From Psammoneis japonica (lineage: Eukaryota), in assembly GCA_008632985.1 (NCBI GenBank), contig QPGO01000116.1, positions 186,001 to 250,000 on the forward strand: a DNA stretch of 64,000 bases. The letters are read 5' to 3'. The notes below the pieces were generated by a model, which worked only from the letters and a program-made list of their open reading frames with translations, did not search any database and was not told the origin of the DNA. Position numbers and translations under genes: made by a program. Below are positions 57,401 to 64,000 of this stretch, piece after piece. The number at the start of each line of letters is the position of its first letter. The stretch's first letter is position 1.

Positions 57401-58100
57401 CAACAAGATGGTGGTTGACTTGAGGGTGGCCATGTTGGATTTCTTGTTGCTGCTGACCATCATGCAATGTTTGGACATGCTGGATGCTGGCAAGCAGTGG
57501 CATGCTTTGCAAACTTTTGCAGCACTCTCATGACTGTGGCACACTTGAGTTTACAGCCACTGGGGGTTTGTTGCCACCATTGATGGCACTGTCTGCATCT
57601 GCAACATTTTCAGTTTCCAAGTGTGAGGCAGTCATTGTGTGGACAATGTGCCACACATGATTTTCAGCAAGGAGCAGTGGAAATGGGCAGCAGCGGTGGG
57701 CCTTGCAGCGCTGAGCCAAAATGTTCACAGTCATGGTTGCCCTTCCTTGTTGCACCCACATGTTGTTTGTGCAGCACTTTTTTTTTGCCAGCTGGCTGCC
57801 CCTCTTGCAGGAGTCTGCTGTGCCAGAGCTGCTGCCCTGGCTGGTGATTGGCCACCCAGTGCTGTGTGTTCATCACATCTGTGGCCACCCCTCTTGCAGA
57901 AATCTGCTGTGCCAAAACAAACTTCACCAGGAGGGTTGGGGTCTTGCAGCAGTGTGCAAGATGTGTGCTCATTGCATCCATGGTGTGGTGCCAAAGCCAC
58001 TTTTGGCTTTTGTTTCAAATGTGCTGCTCACTGGACAGTGGATTTTTTGATCTTCCACTGGTGCATGTCCTGCCACATGCATTGCAGCTCTTGACTGCTT
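54480..58100. mobile_element. Middle of block E: strongly TpA/CpG-depleted degenerate sequence, unassigned
   Basis: Composition only; no recognisable domain. Confidence 0.4.
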
Positions 58101-60010
58101 TCTTCTGTTTTTTTTCTCTTCTTTTGGTTTTGTCTCGGGAGTGAGGTTTTTGTTAGAATGATTGGGGTCTGTGGTGTTGGAAGAGGTTGGTCTGGGGAAA
58201 TGTGTGGTGGGAGGGGTGTGCGAAGCGCGCTTGGGGATGGAGAGAAAAAGGGTGGGCCCAAAGTGCAGACAGATGGTTGAAGTGAGGAGTTGTCAGCAAG
58301 GGCAGGATGGCGAAGTGGCTGAGCTTGGCAAGAAGAGAGATGGTGGGAGAGAGCACAGCCAAAGTTGAGGCTGAGGATTTGAGAGGCCCAGAGTTGAGGT
58401 GTGACGGTGTGACAAGAGGAGCCAAAGTGGTCTGGGGAAAGTTGTTTCCAGGCCATGTCAGAGTGGGTGAGGAGGTTGGAAGGGGCAAGCAGTGAATTGG
58501 CAAAGGCAGAGAAGGATGCTTGAGAGTTGGAGAAGGAGGATGGGTTTGTCCAGGGTGTGGTTTGGGAGGAAGGGGTGGGATGGAGGCGGATGTTGAAGAG
58601 GAGGAGCCAAAGAAAAAGACGTGAAAATGGTGCCCAATGCTGCCCAGGTGGTCAAATGTAAAAGGGAGGAGGAAGAGTCCAGCTTGTTTGATGGCATCAA
58701 TGACACATCAGAGCTGGGGGCAGATTGTGCAGAGCAACCAAGAAGCTTGTCCCGTGTGCTGCTGAGGTGAACCTTGTTTGGTGGGTTTTCAGGGACAGGC
58801 AACCGGGTGCAGGAAGTGGGGGAGCTGGTGGTGCGGTGACATCAACAGCCAAGAAGTGATGAGTGGACAGATGGGGCGTTGGGTGGTGTGGAGCCAGGAG
58901 TGAGTTGAGCGCTGATGTCAGCAGGGCATTGAGGGGTGGTCAGCTGGGAGACCTGCTGGTTCAAGGTGGGCTTGTTGGTGGGAGAGGCACAGGCCACAAA
59001 GGGGGGCCCAGGGTGTCAATGATGGTGTGGATGGTGTCACAAACATGGTTGGACAGCGGGCTTTTGTGCATTTTGGAGCATGCAAAGGCGCGGTCACCGA
59101 AAGGGTCAGGGCGGGCGTGGCCACATGGGCAGTCATGTTGGAGCAAAGCAGAGGAGATCATTGGGAGGCACAGCTTGCAGAGGAGAAGGAGTGTGAAAAG
59201 GTGTGATGGAAGTTGGTTGGCAGCAGAGGATCGGGAGGGAGAGTGCAGGCAAAGGCTTGTCAGAGGAGACAGAAGGGGTGGAAGGGCTGGTTGTGTGGAA
59301 GGATCAGCAAGGATCAGAGGAAGGGTGTTGGTTTTGTGGTGGTGCAAATGAAGGTGTTGTGCAAGACTGCACAGGTCATGGTGTTTGATGGCATGCTTGA
59401 GAGAGGCAAAGGAGGGGGAGTCAAAACGGAGGAGAATGGGAGCACAGTGAAGGAAGATGCGGCAGAGGGAGGAGAGGGTGGAGCGCGGGTTGGACCATGA
59501 GCTAAGAGAGGCAGAACAGCTCAGAGGGAGGTGAAAGACGTCACCACCATTGAGTGGGATGCCATGCTTTGTGCAGCACATTGATTTTGTCAGAGAGGTG
59601 ATGAGAGCTGGGGTGGCGATGGCGGAGATGTCGCGACATCCGACACCGCCTGAAGGAGCGGGCAGGTTGGCGATGAGTTTGGCAGCTGAGGGGAAAGGGG
59701 GAGAGTGTTGAGCAAGGCAAGCAAGGAAATGCAAGGAATGGCCAATGATTTTGTTGACAAAAGGCAATGCCCATTGGAAAGGGGGGTTGAGAGATCGTTG
59801 GAGTGCGCGAGGTTGAAGCACGCATCAGCCACGAGGATGTGGGTGGCAGAAGGGATGGAGCATTTCTGGAAGAGGGTGCTTTGTGTTTGTTCATTGGTGA
59901 GGCGGTTGGCGAGGTGTCGGAGGTCTGAGGCAAAGGATGTGGCTTTGTCTTGAATGAAGTTTGCTGTGGCAGAGTCGCAGTCATGTGCTCTCCTGCCTGC
60001 GACTCCCGAC
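58100..60010 (-). mobile_element. 5'-truncated, degenerate CRE-like non-LTR retrotransposon (post-RT region, Zn knuckle, restriction-like endonuclease)
   Basis: LIANLPAPSGGVGCRD, CPCG..DPFGDRAFAC..HKSPLSNHVCD, EPAGL, PADI-like, FLAVDVT and LLPFTFDHLGSIG occur in the order typical of CRE-clade RLE elements. An A-rich tail lies on the minus strand at about 58100-58130. Confidence 0.82.
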
Positions 60011-60879
60011 AAAAAAAGCGGGGGCCCAGTTTTTGGAATGCGTCATCACACTGCCTGTTAAACCTAGAGGATCACACCCCACAGTGTAGGGCCCTGGGTT
60101 AAACCATCATCATGCAATCTGTTGCACACATTAAACTGCAGTCTGCTCCAGCTGGGCACATGGACAGGCCTTTTGTTGCACGCAAGAAGGAGAGTGAGTG
60201 GGATCTTGTCTGAGAACTCTTGTTTGATTCTCATTGAACAAGTTCCTCAGGAGAGAAAAGACTCGTCTGCAGCATATGGCAGGCGCATCATCCTCCATGG
60301 CACATTCGTTCAATGGCATCTTCTTGAAATGGATGGTGTCTGCCATTGCGGTTCGTTTGCGTGCACTGTGTGTGCTGCACTGTGCACGCACCATGCGCTC
60401 GTCGTGGTCCGTCTGCGTGGTGCGGCACGTAGCACTTGGTACGTCCTAAGTGGCTCATAACCCACCTCGCCAGACAAAATAAACTGGGGAGCCCCAGCTC
60501 CCGCCTAAACCCATAAGCCTACTGGTGGGCCGATTGATTGATTCCCAGATTGTCGAAAGAGTTCGCCAAACCGTTAAATCTATATATCTTTTATACATTG
60601 CTAATGATTGACGTTAACTCGACGGACTCGATTTCCGCGAAAGGGCGACAAGCCAAAGCGACAAGCGACATTACATCGCTCACAAACTCGCAAAAAAAGC
60701 ACACACACACGAATATCCACCAAGGCCACAACGTGGTAGGCGGGAATAAAGCGAACAACGCGGAGCTCCAACGGCAAATAAGAACCTGCCGACTGTCGAG
60801 AACCGAGAAACTCCTGCCAACAGTCGTAAGCCACAAAGGGCCAAGTGGACTAGACGAGAAGAAGAAAAGTAGTGTGACG

Positions 60880-62627
60880 ATGTTGGTGCCACCACTCTTG
60901 GCAAGTTTTTGTTTATTTCTATCATGGATACCGATCGCTGCCACTAATCATAGTTTTTTCCTACCCGAGGGGTTTAGCCTTCCAGAAGGCGTTTCTTTGG
61001 ATATGATGGAAGAGGCTGGTCGGACAGCTTTCAAGAAACTCTTGAGCAAGCTCTTCGCCGACAAATTCAGATCGTCATCAGCACGTGCATTGAACACTTA
61101 TGAGTGTAATAGCGTAATCGATGTTGTTTCAGCAAGTGATTTTAGGGAAGAAGTTCGAAAGTTTTTTCTAGAAAACGCGGGTGACAACGATCTTGTAATG
61201 ATTATCGCAACGGAACTAATCCTCCTTAGGCTCCAGACCGACTTTCAGGTTTGGAAGGTTTGCGCTAAATGCGAAGACATTGAGGAGCCACCAGAATTTG
61301 GTTGTAGTGCTGATGATTACGGTATGCACCAATCGGTTTCTATGTATTTGTGCGGTGCTTTTTCCAACAATTCTCCTGATGTTTCGACATTCTTCGCGTA
61401 GGATACGATGCTATGCATTCGGGTCTCCTTCTCGCGCCCTACGATATCGACCAAGGGCGTATCATTCACGGAACTCGATCTGTAACTCTAGTTTTGCCGG
61501 CCGGTGGTGCTGCTTCAAGTGAGTCTTGGTCTTTTCCCATTGAGAACGTAGTAGTTATCCCTTCCGTCATTTTCGCTACATTATCCAACAGCTACGCTCT
61601 TCTCCCCGATTCCATTGGCTTTGGTGAAAGCTGGGATTACAACAGGACTTTTGCAATCCGTCGACCAATTGCTACTGCCACTGCTCCTTTAATTGCCAAG
61701 GCGGAAAGCATCGTTCGGGAACAGACGGACTGTACTTCTGCAATGGCCGATGCCTTCTCGATCTTGGGGTACAGTGAAGGAGCCCACAGCTCCGTGGTGG
61801 TTGCTGACATGTTGGACAAGATGGGAAAGACGGTCATTTCTCTTCACGCAGGTACTGCATTTTAAATATTACTTTGCTGCCCCCTTTTGGTCATCAACTC
61901 ACTGGACGTTGTTTGTTCTTGGACCTCAGGTGGAGGCCCATATAGATTGTCATCGGCGCAAATTATCTTTGGCTTTCAAGAGCTCAAATCAGGAACCTAT
62001 TCAGAAGGTCTACCCTTGATGACTGCGCATTTGGCCTCAGCATACTCCTCGACTGTTCAAGGTATCGCGAACTATCAACAGGGTCAAGATTTTTTGGATC
62101 CGAATTACCGTGAAGCTGTTGTCTATGCCGCGAATAACGGGGAATGGTTTAATGCTGGCAAGGCCCTGCCGGATTTCCCACTTGATGCGTTGAATCAGGA
62201 CATGCTTGCCATCATTGACGAAGCAATTCAGGTAGGGGAATCTAAGCCGTGTGAAAGATATGTGGACGACAAGACGGATAAAATCTGCGAGGCACTCATG
62301 GACAACGATGTTGTTGAGATCCTTGAAGCTGTTACAGGATACCCCGTGTATCTCTGCCACTCAGAAGAGGATGATTATGTAGCTTATGAGAATCTTCCTG
62401 ATTTGAGCAATCCGAATTTGCAGCTTACCACCGTATCGGGCACACATATCGAGGCCTACGGAGAGTGCTTTGCGGAGACGTTGCCTTACTGGCTTGACGA
62501 CGCCAACGTACGAAACTTTGAAGTGACGGACAAGACCGTTCCGGGAGGTTGTTCTGGCACGTCGCCGTTGCCGTCGCCGCCTTCAAGTTGCAGTGCCATT
62601 CTTAGATTCTTTGGACTGTGCGACTGA
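60880..62627 (+). CDS. Secreted alpha/beta-hydrolase (lipase-like); exons 60880-61321, 61402-61851, 61930-62627
   Basis: Signal peptide, PDSIGFGES, nucleophile elbow GYSEG, GGGPY, LCHSEEDDYV and GTH, with two in-frame GT-AG introns. Confidence 0.85.
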
Positions 62628-62927
62628 GGGCTGTCAAAATGTTTAGAGCTGGTAGTGATATTCTAAAGATGTCGCTACTTCAAATCTCTTGTTGCAAACC
62701 ATCTTGGAAATTCTGTTGATTGCTTCAACATACGTATGTGTTCGTTTGGAGTGAACAAACTTTGATAGGAACATTGCGTCCCGTAGGGGAAATGAGTGAA
62801 AGTACTACTCTAATTCAGGCTTGCGCTACGACTAGAGTAGTGCACCTGTCGCCTGATGTGGTGAGAAAGACCAGTGGCGCAGTCAGAGGGTGCATAAGTA
62901 TCCAGACAAATGACACTGAAACTTGTG

Positions 62928-63869
62928 TTACTTTTTCCCAAAATACGCCGTCAGCGGTTTGCTATTCGTGACGACCGGCTGTGTGGCCGCCGACTTGTTT
63001 TGTTTTTGCTGCTTGTGTTGTCGACTCTGTTCACGAATCAAATCGCGAACGTCTTCACGCAAAAACAAAAACTGTTCTCGCGATGAGCACACTTGAGCCA
63101 CATCCTCAGGCAACAACTTGCGGCGGTTTTGCAGTTGGCAACCTTTACCGATTCCTGTCCCAATTTGATTAAAGCCATTTCCGTGCATTTCGTAATCAAC
63201 AGAGTAGCTTCTTTGGACATACCCTTGACTTCTGGATCTAATTTGCATATTTTACGAATCCGAGCCACAGGCATGACTAGATCGGTTTGGGACGATTGCT
63301 GCTGAGGCAAAGCGACGTCACCGTACTTGGCCTTGTATTCTTCCAGCTCCTTGGCAACCCTTTCACGTTCTTGTGCGGCTAATTCTTGGTATGGAACTTT
63401 GTCTTCTGCGCTCAATTCCGACCAAGCTTGACCCGTCAAGCGAGCAATGATACCAACGCCTTCTCCGGGGTGCTGTATTAATAAGAAGTCAACAATACAG
63501 AAAAAGGGTTTCAGAAATGAGAAAAATCAGAAATTCCTAACCGTATGATACAAGGCACTATTCATAACCTACAGCAGCTTGAAACTCTGGTCGTTTTTCT
63601 TCTGCAAAGAGAAAATACGCCGTTCGAGCCTTCTTGATGGGACGCGGCGGAGGAGGTGGCTTTTCCGGAGTTTCATTTTTCTTTTCTGACAAGCCGTCCG
63701 ACTTTTTCTCTGGCGACTCTTCTGTCGTCGCTTCTTCTTCTTCCGCTTCCTCTTTGGTCTCGGGCTTTTCCAAAGGTTCTTTGGAGGGTTCTCTTTCCTT
63801 TGAAATGTCCATAGCTTCGTTTGCTTTGTTGGATGGCGGTACGTTTTCTTCTTCGACAGCGACCGTCAT
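62928..63869 (-). CDS. HMG-box + histone-fold (POLE4/DPB3/CHRAC-type) protein; intron 63572-63473
   Basis: HMG motifs KKARTAYFLF..HPG..GQAWSELSAEDKVPY and histone fold MPVARIRKICKLDPEV..RRKLLPEDV..EQFLFL. There is a frameshift near 63137. Confidence 0.85.
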
Positions 63870-64000
63870 TTTCAATTTTGCGCTGTCGGAGTTGGATTTT
63901 TTGTGCGCCCGACTTTTTGGCGCGACAGACAGAGTACCTTAGTCGAATAAGTCGAAAGATTTTTCGCGCAGAATCGTTCGCGAGCGCGCGTTCCCAAATC

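Noticed and set aside
60015..60505. Possible MITE with inverted ends (ggggcccagttt / aaactggggagcccc)
   Set aside because: The match is short and gapped with no TSD, which is not enough to call.
15200..63140. Frameshifts in SET-JmjC, TSC2-like, cytochrome c, RMT2, tRNA-binding, cyclase and HMG genes read as pseudogenes or programmed frameshifting
   Set aside because: They are mostly single-base losses, several in homopolymers, in otherwise well-conserved genes with normal composition. Uncorrected long-read assembly error is the simpler explanation and needs a read check.
13024..63869. Chromatin-related genes (SET-JmjC, Hop2, HMG-histone fold) as a cluster encoding the mutator
   Set aside because: They are scattered among unrelated housekeeping genes, none has a deaminase or DNA methyltransferase motif, and eukaryotic neighbourhood is weak evidence.

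Overview
Eukaryotic nuclear DNA, almost certainly from a diatom: it has short GT-AG introns, a plastid trigger factor with a bipartite CSA-F presequence, and three DUF6824 (NDVLCGRGG..HPGN) proteins. About 17 intact genes alternate with five well-delimited blocks (about 1.9-10.5, 18.4-21.4, 34.8-38.7, 49.6-51.8 and 53.6-60.4 kb; roughly 24 kb in total) of repeats, TE relics and gene fragments. The main signal is that TpA is almost erased in these blocks and CpG is partly erased, both replaced by TpG/CpA. A local duplication gives the direction of change: about 20 of 22 TpA sites of the intact copy (39.4-40.0 kb) read TpG or CpA in the dead copy (34.8-35.4 kb), on both strands, and surviving TpA is mostly in YTAR contexts. 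This looks like a domain-targeted A:T->G:C hypermutation system at TpA, a mirror image of fungal RIP, which I do not recognise as a described mechanism. The many Tyr-poor, Cys/His-rich ORFs in these blocks are by-products of it. Several intact genes carry single-base frameshifts that look like assembly errors. I saw no rRNA, tRNA or CRISPR features. All calls come from motif reading and manual alignment, with no database search.
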